56,121 bases of DNA from Betaproteobacteria bacterium (GTDB taxonomy: Bacteria > Pseudomonadota > Gammaproteobacteria > Burkholderiales > Burkholderiaceae_C). Every line of letters begins with the position of its first letter. Within the stretch, counting starts at the first letter, position 1. Of the stretch, positions 8,832-18,635 are shown piece after piece. The notes below the pieces were generated by a model, which saw only the letters and a program-made list of their open reading frames with translations, made no database searches and was not told the origin of the DNA. Where the stretch lies: assembly GCA_024641925.1 (NCBI GenBank), contig JAHECB010000001.1, forward strand, positions 1-56,121. Direction: 5' to 3'. The translations under genes and the position numbers were made by a program.

Positions 8832-10910
8832 CTATTTTGCGGCAGCCCGGCGCGGCGCTGCACTCGCCCGTTTGGGCTTGTCAAAACGTGCCAACCAAGC
8901 CGCGAATTCACGGTACCACTGCAGCGAATTCTGCGGCTTCAGGACCCAGTGGTTTTCATCGGCAAACCACAGCAGACGTGCCTCCACGCCCCGCGCTTTG
9001 AGCGTGTTGTAGTACGCCAGGCCGTTGCAGTCGGGCACACGGTAGTCACGCGCACCGTGGATGATCAGGGTGGGTGTGTCCATCCTGGCGGCCGACGCAT
9101 GCGGGCTTTGTGCCAGCACACGCGGCATGTCCTGCCAGTAATTGGCGGCCAAGTCCTTGGGACGCGCGGGGTAGGAATCGGCGCTGAAGGTCGCGATACG
9201 GTCGAACACCCCCGCGTGGCAGATGTAAGGCCGGTACCGCCCCTGCGGCCAGGCGGGCACATGGCCATTCATCCAGGCCACGAGAAAGCCACCGTAGCTG
9301 CCGCCGGTGGCAAAAACCCGGCTCTTGTCGGCCCACGGTTGTTGCACGAGCCAGTCGGTGCCGGCCTCGATGTCCTGCAGCTCCAAGGCGCCCTGACGCC
9401 CGATCAGGCTGTGTCTGAAGGCGTGGCCAAAACCGCTGCTGCCGTGGAAGTTGACCTGTGCCACCACGTGACCGGCGGCGGCGAAAACATGGGCGTTCCA
9501 GCGGTAGCTGAAGGTGTCGCCCGCCGCCGAAAACGGGCCTCCGTGAATGACGTGGGTGATGGGGTGTTGGCGGTTGGGCTTGAACCCTGGCGGAAAGGTC
9601 AACCACATCTGCACGGCACTGCCCGAGGCCTTGTCGCGCGCGCCACGCAACTGCACTTCTTGCACGGTGCCCAGCGCCACGCCATCCATCACATCGTCGT
9701 TGAACGACTCCAGCCGCTGCTGTCGCTGCCCGTCGCGCAGCGCCAGCACGCGTGCCGGATGCATCGCCGAGTCGGCCAGCACCACCTGCACACCGGCCGC
9801 GACATCAAAGCCTTGCACCCAGCCGCCAGCGTGCGCCACGCTGATCTGGCCGCTGGCCATGTCGCGCCGCCACAGGTGGCAGCGACCACGCTCTTCGGCC
9901 GTGAAATACAGTGCACGACCGTCCGGAGACCAACGCAGCGGTGCGTTGACGGCGTGGTCCCAATCGGCGCCCAGCACCTGCCGATGTTTGTTCTTGCCGG
10001 CGCCGCCCCGGTCCACCAGCACCAGTTGCGACAACGCGGTGTGCACACGGCCCACGTGGGCGCCGGTTGCCGCCAGTTGATGCCCGTCCGGACTGTAACG
10101 GGGCGCGCCGAAGTCCCAGCCTTCTTCATGCAGCAGCGGGCGGACGCGCCGCGTCTTGACGTTCATCTCCGACAGCGCCAGCGGGTTGCTCAGGCTGGCG
10201 GCGGGGGCCGGGTCGTGGCAAAACGCCAGATGCTGGCCATCGGGGCTGACGTCATAGCCGGTGTTGCTGCTGTCGTCGTTTGGCAATGACAGTTCGGTGC
10301 CCGCAAACAGGTCGATGATGCGGCCGCTGGCCACGTCCAGCAGCAGCAGGTGCAGCGCACGCCCCATAGGCATGAAGTGGTCCCAGTAGCGGTAAAAACC
10401 TTCGTTGGTGGCCACACCGCTTTCTTTGCGTTCAAGCCAGCGCCTGTGTTGCTGGTTTTGCTGCGCCGCGGTGCCCAGTTCGGGCCAGACCCAGGCTGCA
10501 AACACGATGCGCCGACCATCGGGCATCCATTTGAAGGACTCGACACCCGGGCCGAAAGCGGCGGTGCGTCGCGCTTCGCCCCCGTCGGCTGGCATCAGGT
10601 ACAACTGCGGGGTGGCGTCCTTGCTGCCCTGCTGATCGCGCTTGGCCACGAAGGCCAGCACATCGCCTTTGGGCGACCACGCGGCCTGCGCATCCCTGTC
10701 ACCACAGTGTGTCAGCGGCCGCGGCTGCGCCGTGCCGGTGTCCAACAGCCACAGCTGGGTGCGAGTCTGGTTTTTGGCCAGGTCAGCGGTGGTGACGCTG
10801 CAAACAGCCTGGCGTCCGTGGGGCGCCAGGCTCAGGTTGCCAATGCGGCTGAGTTGCCACAGCGTGTGGGCGTCGATGGGCCTTTTGGGCCTGCGGATGT
10901 TTTGGTCCAT
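8832..10910 (-). CDS. S9 family (acylaminoacyl/dipeptidyl-like) peptidase
   Basis: Beta-propeller repeats (WSPKG, VSPDG, YSPDG, WSPDG), IHGGP, GGSYGG nucleophile, DYRVP, DENHW. Confidence 0.93.
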   Translation of the reverse strand: MDQNIRRPKRPIDAHTLWQLSRIGNLSLAPHGRQAVCSVTTADLAKNQTRTQLWLLDTGTAQPRPLTHCGDRDAQAAWSPKGDVLAFVAKRDQQGSKDATPQLYLMPADGGEARRTAAFGPGVESFKWMPDGRRIVFAAWVWPELGTAAQQNQQHRRWLERKESGVATNEGFYRYWDHFMPMGRALHLLLLDVASGRIIDLFAGTELSLPNDDSSNTGYDVSPDGQHLAFCHDPAPAASLSNPLALSEMNVKTRRVRPLLHEEGWDFGAPRYSPDGHQLAATGAHVGRVHTALSQLVLVDRGGAGKNKHRQVLGADWDHAVNAPLRWSPDGRALYFTAEERGRCHLWRRDMASGQISVAHAGGWVQGFDVAAGVQVVLADSAMHPARVLALRDGQRQQRLESFNDDVMDGVALGTVQEVQLRGARDKASGSAVQMWLTFPPGFKPNRQHPITHVIHGGPFSAAGDTFSYRWNAHVFAAAGHVVAQVNFHGSSGFGHAFRHSLIGRQGALELQDIEAGTDWLVQQPWADKSRVFATGGSYGGFLVAWMNGHVPAWPQGRYRPYICHAGVFDRIATFSADSYPARPKDLAANYWQDMPRVLAQSPHASAARMDTPTLIIHGARDYRVPDCNGLAYYNTLKARGVEARLLWFADENHWVLKPQNSLQWYREFAAWLARFDKPKRASAAPRRAAAK

Positions 10911-10968
10911 GCTGCAAGTGTCGCGCAGCGGCCAGACTGGACCTCAGCCGGCCCTCAACCACCCACCG

Positions 10969-11514
10969 TCAGGCCTCAGATTCAGCCTTGACCTTGGCCT
11001 TGTAGGCGCGCGCCTCCGCCCGCTTGGCCCTTGTGGCCGCCAGCCGATAACTTTCTTCAGCCTTGGCCCGCATTTCAATGGCGCGCGCCAAGGCCGCTTC
11101 AAACCGCTCGACCGTATAGGTGTTTTCAGTTCCGATATACACGTTTCGCCGCAGGGGCTTGTCGCCAAAGCGGGGAATCAACACGGCCAGACTGCAGTCA
11201 CGCGTCTTGCCACCTTGGCGCAAGCGCACCACCGGACCCGATATGCCGGCGGGCAGGTTGTTCGACTTGTTGGCACTGGGTGCCCGTTGCAGCACCGTGG
11301 GTGCTGGCGTCGAGGCAATGCGCTTGAACAACTCCTTGGTGGCCGCAGCCAATGACGCAGCGGCGCCGCTGCCATCGGACGAATGGTCGGAATACAAGCG
11401 GGTGCCGGCATAGCGCAATTGCCAACCGTGGGTTGCGCGGTGATCGATGCGTTGGATGCCTTGGGGAACTTCAAAAACCTGGCCACTGAAAATGGTCACT
11501 GTACGGGTCTTCAT
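10969..11514 (-). CDS. Hypothetical basic protein, possibly tandem AP2-like DNA-binding domains
   Basis: Clean 181-aa ORF filling the gap, AAGG upstream; fold is inferred only. Confidence 0.75.
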   Translation of the reverse strand: MKTRTVTIFSGQVFEVPQGIQRIDHRATHGWQLRYAGTRLYSDHSSDGSGAAASLAAATKELFKRIASTPAPTVLQRAPSANKSNNLPAGISGPVVRLRQGGKTRDCSLAVLIPRFGDKPLRRNVYIGTENTYTVERFEAALARAIEMRAKAEESYRLAATRAKRAEARAYKAKVKAESEA

Positions 11515-11662
11515 GCCGAACCTTTACTACCGTTCAAACACTCCCCTGTGAAATTTCCTGGCCAGCGTGTCGTCCGCTTTTGACCCAAACGCCGATGATA
11601 GGACGGGAATTTGGAACATGCCGTCTCATCGACGTTTGTTCTCGTAACAACGCCGCCTGTGC

Positions 11663-12340
11663 TCAGGCCCGTTCCAGCTCGTCCCTCATGCCGTCAATGA
11701 CCCGCTTGTAGTCTGACTGACCAAAGATGGCGCTGCCGGCGACAAAGGTATCGGCGCCGGCCTGGGCCACGCGGCGGATGTTGTCAATTTTGATGCCACC
11801 GTCCACTTCCAGGCGAATATCGCGTCCTGAACGCTGCTTTTCGCGGTCGATGATGCGGCGGGCTGCTTCGATTTTTCTCAACGCGCTGTCAATGAAACTC
11901 TGCCCTCCAAAGCCGGGGTTGACGCTCATGATCAAGATCAGGTCGACCTTGTCGATGACCCATTCCAGCACATCCAGAGGCTCAGCCGGATTGAAAACCA
12001 GGCCCGCCTGACAGCCTTCGGCCTTGATGAGTTGCAAGCTGCGGTCGACATGCGTGCTGGCGTCGGGGTGGAAGCTGATGAGCTGCGCGCCCGCCCGGGC
12101 AAAGGCCTGCGCCAGCGCGTCTACAGGTTGCACCATCAAGTGCACGTCAATGGGCACGGTGCAGTGTTTGCGCAAGGCCTGGCACACCATGGGCCCAAAG
12201 GTCAGATTGGGCACGTAGTGGTTGTCCATGACGTCGAAGTGCAGCCAGTCGGCGCCCGCACTTTCAACGGCGCGGACCTCTTCACCCAGACGCGCAAAGT
12301 CGGCTGAAAGCAGGCTGGGAGCAATGCGATAGGTTGTCAT
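11663..12340 (-). CDS. rpe: Ribulose-phosphate 3-epimerase
   Basis: [50 protein letters not shown]. Confidence 0.97.
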   Translation of the reverse strand: MTTYRIAPSLLSADFARLGEEVRAVESAGADWLHFDVMDNHYVPNLTFGPMVCQALRKHCTVPIDVHLMVQPVDALAQAFARAGAQLISFHPDASTHVDRSLQLIKAEGCQAGLVFNPAEPLDVLEWVIDKVDLILIMSVNPGFGGQSFIDSALRKIEAARRIIDREKQRSGRDIRLEVDGGIKIDNIRRVAQAGADTFVAGSAIFGQSDYKRVIDGMRDELERA

Positions 12341-12377
12341 GGCGGGCAATTTTAGGCGTCGTCCCTAGAATGGCCCC

Positions 12378-12752
12378 ATGGCCAGACCCGAGTTCACTTG
12401 CGAAGTGCGTGTTCAGTACCTGCCCGAGCAATCGCAGCCGCCTGAAGGGCCGTTTGCGTTTGCCTATACCGTGAACATCCGCAATTCGGGCGACGTGACT
12501 GCGCAACTGGTGGCTCGGCACTGGCAAGTCGCCAATGCCGATGGCCGCATCGAGGACGTTCGCGGCCTTGCCGTGGTGGGGCACCAGCCCGTCCTGAAGC
12601 CCGGCGAACAGTTTGAATACACCAGCTGGACCCGTATCGACACACCGCACGGCCAGATGCAGGGCACGTTCTATTGCATGACTGAAGACGCCCAGGCCTT
12701 TGAGGCCACGGTGCAGGAATTCCAGCTGCTCTACCCCGGCGCGCTGCACTGA
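12378..12752 (+). CDS. apaG: ApaG (DUF525) protein
   Basis: FAYTVNIRN, AQLVARHW, VVGHQP, FEYTS, GQMQG; divergent from rpe. Confidence 0.93.
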   Translation: MARPEFTCEVRVQYLPEQSQPPEGPFAFAYTVNIRNSGDVTAQLVARHWQVANADGRIEDVRGLAVVGHQPVLKPGEQFEYTSWTRIDTPHGQMQGTFYCMTEDAQAFEATVQEFQLLYPGALH

Positions 12753-12769
12753 GGCGCAGCGTCCAGGCC

Positions 12770-12967
12770 CTAGGCGTTCCGATCGGCTTGTGTCGAATCG
12801 ATCTTGGCCGCAGGTGGCGACGACGGCTCGGCTGCGACGGCTGTTTTGGCCGCTGCGGGTTCGGCGTCGACCTGCGCCGCGGGCTTGCGTCGGCTGGACA
12901 TGGTCCACCAGACAATGAAGACCAGCATGCCCAACGCGATGAAGGCTTCTGCGATCAAGAGCCACAT
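12770..12967 (-). CDS. Small single-TM membrane protein (65 aa)
   Basis: MWLLIAEAFIALGMLVFIVWWTMSSRRK followed by Ala/Pro tail; AAAGGGA RBS. Confidence 0.7.
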   Translation of the reverse strand: MWLLIAEAFIALGMLVFIVWWTMSSRRKPAAQVDAEPAAAKTAVAAEPSSPPAAKIDSTQADRNA

Positions 12968-13076
12968 GGTGCGAGTTCCCTTTTCCAATAGAGGCCGCCG
13001 CAGCGCGCCGGGCCGCCAATTGCGCGCCTGGACCCCGGATATCCGATGCGCTGCTGACGGCCGCCATCGCAGGCCG

Positions 13077-14174
13077 TCACGTTGAAACCGCCACGTGTCC
13101 ACGGCCCTGGCTGCGCGCTTCGGCCAGCGCACGTTCGGCGCGCGCCAGGGTCTGCACGACGTTTTCGCCGGCGTGGTGTTCGGCAAGCCCGGTGGACAAG
13201 GTCACACCCAGCGCCTGCGGCCCGTGCAGAATGCGCAAGGATCCCACTTTTTCATGCAGTCGCTCCAGCCCACCTCGGGCCAGTACAACGCGGGTGTCGG
13301 CCAGCATGAGCACAAAGCCATCCTCACCCCAGCGGCTGAGCACATCGGATGCGCGCACCTGGCGCAAGGCTTCATCGGCCACCGTTCGCAGCACGGCGTC
13401 GCCCACGTCGTAGCCGTGCACCTCGTTGATGGGTTTGAAGTTGTCGATGTCCAGCACCGCAAGACAGAAGGTCTGCCCGGACCGAATGCAGCGCTGGTGC
13501 TCCTGCTCCATCAGTTCCTGCATGTGGCGCTTGTTGATCAGGCCGGTCAGTTCGTCGCGTGTGCTGCCCTCGCGCACGCGCAGCAGCGCCTGCGCCAATT
13601 CAGTGCGTTGCTGGCTCCAGCGCTGACGCAGGACTCCGATACGCACCGACAACAGCGACACCATGGCCAGCATGGAAGCCATCATCACAAAATGGCCGAT
13701 TTCCACAGCGATCCGGTATTCAAAAGGGCGCAGGTTGACCATGAGCACCATGGCCGCAGCGTGCACCACCACGGCATAGACGACGATGACGCGCATGGTG
13801 CGCGGGTTCAGCGAAAACAGGCCGAACATCATGATCAGCATCAGCGCCGGAAACACACCGCCTCGCGCCGGCCCGCCCAGTGCATAGGCCACGGCGCTGC
13901 TGGTCACGGCAAACACCGTTTGCACGGCGGTCAGTGCCGGGTCGTTCAGCCGGCGGGTCCAGCCCAAGCGAATGGCGACGTAAAAAGACAGGCAACCCAG
14001 GGCCGTGACCAAGGCCCAGAGGCGGCCATACAAGCCGTGCACCAGGCCTGAACTGACATAAAACTGCATCACCGCCACGCTGATCACCATCACCAGCAGG
14101 GCGAGCAAGGTCTGACTCAGGCGAATGCGCTGGGCGCGGTCGCGCGTGATCAGCAGATCGATCAGGGCTTGCAT
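13077..14174 (-). CDS. Membrane-bound GGDEF-domain protein with degenerate active site (GEDGF)
   Basis: About 6 TM helices, then DELTGL.N, LDIDNFK..N..HG..VGD, RASD...RWGEDGF. Confidence 0.92.
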   Translation of the reverse strand: MQALIDLLITRDRAQRIRLSQTLLALLVMVISVAVMQFYVSSGLVHGLYGRLWALVTALGCLSFYVAIRLGWTRRLNDPALTAVQTVFAVTSSAVAYALGGPARGGVFPALMLIMMFGLFSLNPRTMRVIVVYAVVVHAAAMVLMVNLRPFEYRIAVEIGHFVMMASMLAMVSLLSVRIGVLRQRWSQQRTELAQALLRVREGSTRDELTGLINKRHMQELMEQEHQRCIRSGQTFCLAVLDIDNFKPINEVHGYDVGDAVLRTVADEALRQVRASDVLSRWGEDGFVLMLADTRVVLARGGLERLHEKVGSLRILHGPQALGVTLSTGLAEHHAGENVVQTLARAERALAEARSQGRGHVAVST

Positions 14175-14259
14175 CAAGTGCGGTGCGGGTGGCGCAAGGC
14201 TTGGGCGGCGATCATCAGGTCTGGATGGGCTGGGGCGCGAGGGTACCTCAAGTTCCGGG

Positions 14260-14853
14260 TCAACCCGATGCCCGGGGTGTCAGATGACTCAAGGGCAACA
14301 TGCCGCCGGCCTTGACCTCGCCCAACGAAAAGCTGGTCTGCATGTCCTTGACGTTGGGCAGCTTGAACAGCGTGTCCATGGTCCAGCGTGAATAGGCGTC
14401 CAGATCGGTGGCCACCACCTGCAACTCAAAGGTGCCTGTGCCGCTGATGTAGTGGCAGGCCACGACCTCGGGCAGGCTGCGGATCTGGTCTTCCAGCGCG
14501 CGGGTGGCGTCGGCGTTGATGCGGTCGGCGTCCAGCCGGACAAAAGCCAGTACCCCCAGCCCGATGCGACGGCGGTCGATCTCGGCGCGGTAGCCCGTGA
14601 TGTAGCCCTGTGTTTCCAGGGCGCGGACCCGGCGCCAGGTGGGCGCGGCCGACAAACCGATGTGCCCGGCCAGTTCGGCGTTGGACAGACGGGCATCAGC
14701 CTGCAGCGCCTGCAGGATGGCAATGTCAAATCGGTCCAGCAAGGGCCCTGCCGCCTGCGGACTGTCAGTTCGGGCTGCAGAACGCGCCGCGCCCGAGGGC
14801 GCCAAAGCGGCCGAACGCTTCAAGGTTTTCCCTGGCTTCTGGTCATTCAGCAT
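14260..14853 (-). CDS. Lrp/AsnC family transcriptional regulator
   Basis: LDRFDIAIL..LQ.DARLSNAELA..IGLS....RRVRALE..GYI; divergent from the oxidoreductase. Confidence 0.93.
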   Translation of the reverse strand: MLNDQKPGKTLKRSAALAPSGAARSAARTDSPQAAGPLLDRFDIAILQALQADARLSNAELAGHIGLSAAPTWRRVRALETQGYITGYRAEIDRRRIGLGVLAFVRLDADRINADATRALEDQIRSLPEVVACHYISGTGTFELQVVATDLDAYSRWTMDTLFKLPNVKDMQTSFSLGEVKAGGMLPLSHLTPRASG

Positions 14854-14988
14854 GAATCCTCTTGTTTGGCTTCAAATCACGAACGATTCTTGCGCAAGGA
14901 ACCCTTCTCAGGCCAGTGAAAGAAATGACTTACCTGGCACAACACCCTAAACTGGTCTGACCCCAAAGCACTGAACACGAGGTTGCCG

Positions 14989-17900
14989 ATGAATGCCCCG
15001 TTGCCCGAGTCCGTCCGTCAGGCCCTGGAATCCGCGTCGCTGGACGACAAATACACGCTGGCGCGTGGCCGGGCCTTCATGAGTGGTGTGCAGGCGCTGG
15101 TGCGTCTGCCCATGCTGCAGCGCGCGCGCGACGTGGCCGCGGGGTTGAACACCGGCGGCTTCATCAGTGGCTACCGGGGCAGCCCGCTGGGGGGGTATGA
15201 CCAGTCGCTGATGGCTGCACGCAAGCACCTGGCCGAAAGCCATGTGGTGTTTCAACCGGGCGTGAACGAAGAGCTGGCCGCGACCGCGCTGTGGGGCACG
15301 CAGCAACTCGAGCTGTACCCGAAAAGCAAAAAGTACGACGGCGTGTTCGGCATCTGGTACGGCAAGGGCCCGGGTGTGGACCGCTGCTCCGACGTGTTCA
15401 AACACGCCAACATGGCCGGCACCAGCCCGCACGGCGGCGTGGTGGCCATTGCCGGCGACGACCACGTGGCCAAGAGCAGCACGGCAGCCCACCAGAGCGA
15501 CCACATCTTCAAGGCCTGCGGCTTGCCGGTGTTTTTTCCGTCCGATGTGCAGGGCATCCTGGACATGGGCCTGCACGCCATTGCCATGAGCCGCTTTTCG
15601 GGCCTGTGGAGCGGCATGAAAACCATCCAGGAAGTGGTGGAGTCGTCGTCGTCGGTGGTGGTGGACCCCGACCGCGTGAAGATCGTGATGCCGGAAGACT
15701 TCGTCATGCCCGATGGCGGGCTGCACATCCGCTGGCCCGACAGCCCGCTGGAGCAAGAGGCGCGGCTGATGGACTACAAGTGGTATGCCGCACTGGCCTA
15801 TGTGCGCGCCAACAAGCTCAACCACACCGTCATCAGCGGCCCCAATGACCGCTTGGGGATCATCGCCAGCGGCAAGGCCTACAACGACACGCGCCAGGCG
15901 CTGTCCGACCTGGGCCTGGACGACGACACCTGCCGCGCCATCGGTGTGCGCCTGCACAAGGTCAATGTGGTGTGGCCGCTGGACGCCACCATCACCCGCG
16001 ACTTCGCCAAGGGGCTGCAGGAAATCCTGGTGGTGGAAGAAAAGCGCCAGGTCATCGAATACCAGATCAAGGAAGAGCTTTACAACTGGCGCAACGATGT
16101 GCGGCCCAACGTACTGGGCAAGTTCGACGAGCCCGAAGGTGACCAGACGGGCGGCGAATGGAGCATGCCCAATCCCAGCCAGAACTGGCTGCTGCGCGCC
16201 AAGGCCGACCTGACACCCGCCATCATTGCCAAGGCCATTGCCAAGCGGCTGAAAAAACTGGGCGTGAGCAGCGACATCGCGTCGCGCATGGACCAGCGCC
16301 TGGCCGTCGTGGCCGCCCGCGAAGCCCAGCTGACGGCATTGACGGTGGACACGGGCGAGCGCATGCCCTGGTTCTGCAGCGGCTGCCCGCACAACACCAG
16401 CACACGTGTGCCCGAAGGCAGCCGCGCCATGGCCGGCATCGGCTGCCATTACATGGCCGTGTGGATGGACCGCAGCACCAGCACTTTCAGCCAGATGGGC
16501 GGCGAAGGCGCGGCCTGGGTCGGGCAGGCGCCGTTCACCACCGATGCGCACGTGTTTGCCAATCTGGGCGACGGCACCTACTTCCACAGCGGCCTGCTGG
16601 CCATCCGCCAGGCCATCGCAGCGGGTGTGAACATCACCTACAAGGTGCTCTACAACGACGCCGTGGCGATGACCGGCGGGCAGCAGGTGGGCGAGCGCGC
16701 CGAAGGCCACAGCGTGCTGCAGATCCAGAAGAGTCTGGTCAGTGAAGGCGTGAAAAAGCTCATCATCGTCACCGACCAGCCCGAGAAGTACCAGGGCGCG
16801 GCGCTGGAGGCCGGTGTCACGGTGGAACACCGCGACGAACTCGACCGTATCCAGCGCGAATTCCGCGAGATCAAGGGCACCACGGTCATCATCTATGACC
16901 AGACCTGTGCCACTGAAAAGCGCCGCCGGCGCAAGCGCGGCAAGATGGTCGACCCTGAAAAGCGCGTGATCATCAATGAACTGGTGTGTGAGGGTTGTGG
17001 CGATTGCAGTGTGCAAAGCAACTGCCTGAGCGTGGAGCCGGTGGAAACCGAATTCGGGCGCAAGCGGCGCATCAACCAGAACACCTGCAACAAGGACTAC
17101 AGCTGCGTGAAGGGCTTCTGCCCCAGTTTTGTCACGGTGGAAGGGGGTCAGTTCAAGAAGCCCGCCAAGCCGGCGGCCCGAACCGACTTTGCAGGCCTGG
17201 CTGCGCTACCGGAACCCGAGCAGTCGCTGTCGGGCAACGGTCGTGCCTGGGGCATCGTGGTCGGCGGTGTGGGTGGCACGGGCGTCATCACCATCGGCCA
17301 GTTGCTGGGCATGGCCGCACACCTGGAAGGCAAGGGTGTCGTCACACAGGATTCTGGCGGCCTGGCGCAAAAAGGCGGCGCCACCTGGAGCCATGTGCAG
17401 ATTGCCGACAGCCCGCAGCATATCTTCACCACCAAGGTGGACACGGCACAGGCCGACCTGGTGGTGGCCTGCGACAGCATCGTGGGCGCCAGCAAGTACA
17501 CCCTGTCGGTGATGCAGGAAGGCCGCACCTTTGTGGCGCTGAACACCCACGGCACACCCACGGCCGCTTTTGTGACCAACACTGAGTGGCAGTTCCCGGG
17601 CGGCTCTTGTGAAACCGCCATCCAGGGCAGCGTAGGCGAAGGCCTGGTGGGCGCTTTTGACGCCGAACAGGTGGCCGTGCAGATGCTGGGAGACAGCATC
17701 TACAGCAACCCGCTGTTGCTGGGCTACGCCTGGCAAAAGGGCCGTGTGCCCCTGAGCTACCCGGCACTGATGCGGGCCATTGAACTCAACGGCGTGCAGG
17801 TGGACAACAACAAGGCAGCCTTTGAATGGGGCCGGCGCTGCGCCCACGACCTGGCCAGCGTGCAGGCCTTGTTCAAGGCGCAGCAGGTCATCCAGTTCGT

Positions 17901-18549
17901 GAAAAAGCCGAGCCTGGCAGAAGCGGTCGGCACCCGTGTGAACTTCCTCACGGGTTACCAGGACGCGGCCTATGCAGCGCGCTACAAGGCCTTTGTGGAC
18001 AAGGTGCAGGCCGCAGAGAAGCAACTGGGCAGCAGCACGGCGCTGTCCGAGGCGGTGGCCAGGTACCTGTTCAAGCTGATGGCCTACAAGGACGAGTATG
18101 AGGTGGCCCGTCTGCACACCGACCCGGCTTTCACGCAGCGCATTGCGAACCTGTTTGAAGGCGACTACAAGCTGGTTCACCACCTGGCGCCGCCCCTCAC
18201 GGCCAAGAAAAACAACCGCGGCGAACTGATCAAGCAGCCCTTTGGCCCCTGGATGCGCAGCGCGTTTGGCGTGCTGGCCAAGATGAAGGGCCTGCGCGGT
18301 TCGGCGCTGGACCCGTTTGGTCGCAGCGAAGAACGCCGCGCTGAACGCGCCTTGATCGGCGAGTATGAAAACTGCATCGACGAACTGTTGAAAACGCTGA
18401 GCGCCGGCAACCACGCGCTGGCCGTGGAGATTGCGCGCATCCCCGAAGACATCCGCGGTTTCGGCCACGTCAAAGACCGCCACCTGGCCAAGGCGCGGCC
18501 CAAGTGGCAGACGCTGATGCAGCAATGGCGTGAGAAGCAGGCCGCCTGA
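14989..18549 (+). CDS. Fused indolepyruvate:ferredoxin oxidoreductase family protein
   Basis: SGYRGSPLG, FCSGCPH, GDGT...N TPP motif, CEGCGDC/CVKGFCP Fe-S motifs, GVGGTGV, LMAYKDEYEVARL. Confidence 0.95.
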   Translation: MNAPLPESVRQALESASLDDKYTLARGRAFMSGVQALVRLPMLQRARDVAAGLNTGGFISGYRGSPLGGYDQSLMAARKHLAESHVVFQPGVNEELAATALWGTQQLELYPKSKKYDGVFGIWYGKGPGVDRCSDVFKHANMAGTSPHGGVVAIAGDDHVAKSSTAAHQSDHIFKACGLPVFFPSDVQGILDMGLHAIAMSRFSGLWSGMKTIQEVVESSSSVVVDPDRVKIVMPEDFVMPDGGLHIRWPDSPLEQEARLMDYKWYAALAYVRANKLNHTVISGPNDRLGIIASGKAYNDTRQALSDLGLDDDTCRAIGVRLHKVNVVWPLDATITRDFAKGLQEILVVEEKRQVIEYQIKEELYNWRNDVRPNVLGKFDEPEGDQTGGEWSMPNPSQNWLLRAKADLTPAIIAKAIAKRLKKLGVSSDIASRMDQRLAVVAAREAQLTALTVDTGERMPWFCSGCPHNTSTRVPEGSRAMAGIGCHYMAVWMDRSTSTFSQMGGEGAAWVGQAPFTTDAHVFANLGDGTYFHSGLLAIRQAIAAGVNITYKVLYNDAVAMTGGQQVGERAEGHSVLQIQKSLVSEGVKKLIIVTDQPEKYQGAALEAGVTVEHRDELDRIQREFREIKGTTVIIYDQTCATEKRRRRKRGKMVDPEKRVIINELVCEGCGDCSVQSNCLSVEPVETEFGRKRRINQNTCNKDYSCVKGFCPSFVTVEGGQFKKPAKPAARTDFAGLAALPEPEQSLSGNGRAWGIVVGGVGGTGVITIGQLLGMAAHLEGKGVVTQDSGGLAQKGGATWSHVQIADSPQHIFTTKVDTAQADLVVACDSIVGASKYTLSVMQEGRTFVALNTHGTPTAAFVTNTEWQFPGGSCETAIQGSVGEGLVGAFDAEQVAVQMLGDSIYSNPLLLGYAWQKGRVPLSYPALMRAIELNGVQVDNNKAAFEWGRRCAHDLASVQALFKAQQVIQFVKKPSLAEAVGTRVNFLTGYQDAAYAARYKAFVDKVQAAEKQLGSSTALSEAVARYLFKLMAYKDEYEVARLHTDPAFTQRIANLFEGDYKLVHHLAPPLTAKKNNRGELIKQPFGPWMRSAFGVLAKMKGLRGSALDPFGRSEERRAERALIGEYENCIDELLKTLSAGNHALAVEIARIPEDIRGFGHVKDRHLAKARPKWQTLMQQWREKQAA

Positions 18550-18635
18550 ACCCCTGACTGTCTGGCCCCGGATCTTCAGCGGACCGGCCTAGGGGCTGTT
18601 GTGCCGGGGCCCTGCCCGGCAGTGACGGCGCGCCG

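Noticed and set aside
6439-10289. Long plus-strand ORFs (484, 304 and 563 aa) antisense to trpE, gph and the S9 peptidase
   Set aside because: Typical antisense shadows of high-GC codon usage; no motifs
14947-18525. 689-aa and 439-aa minus-strand ORFs
   Set aside because: Antisense shadows of the IOR gene
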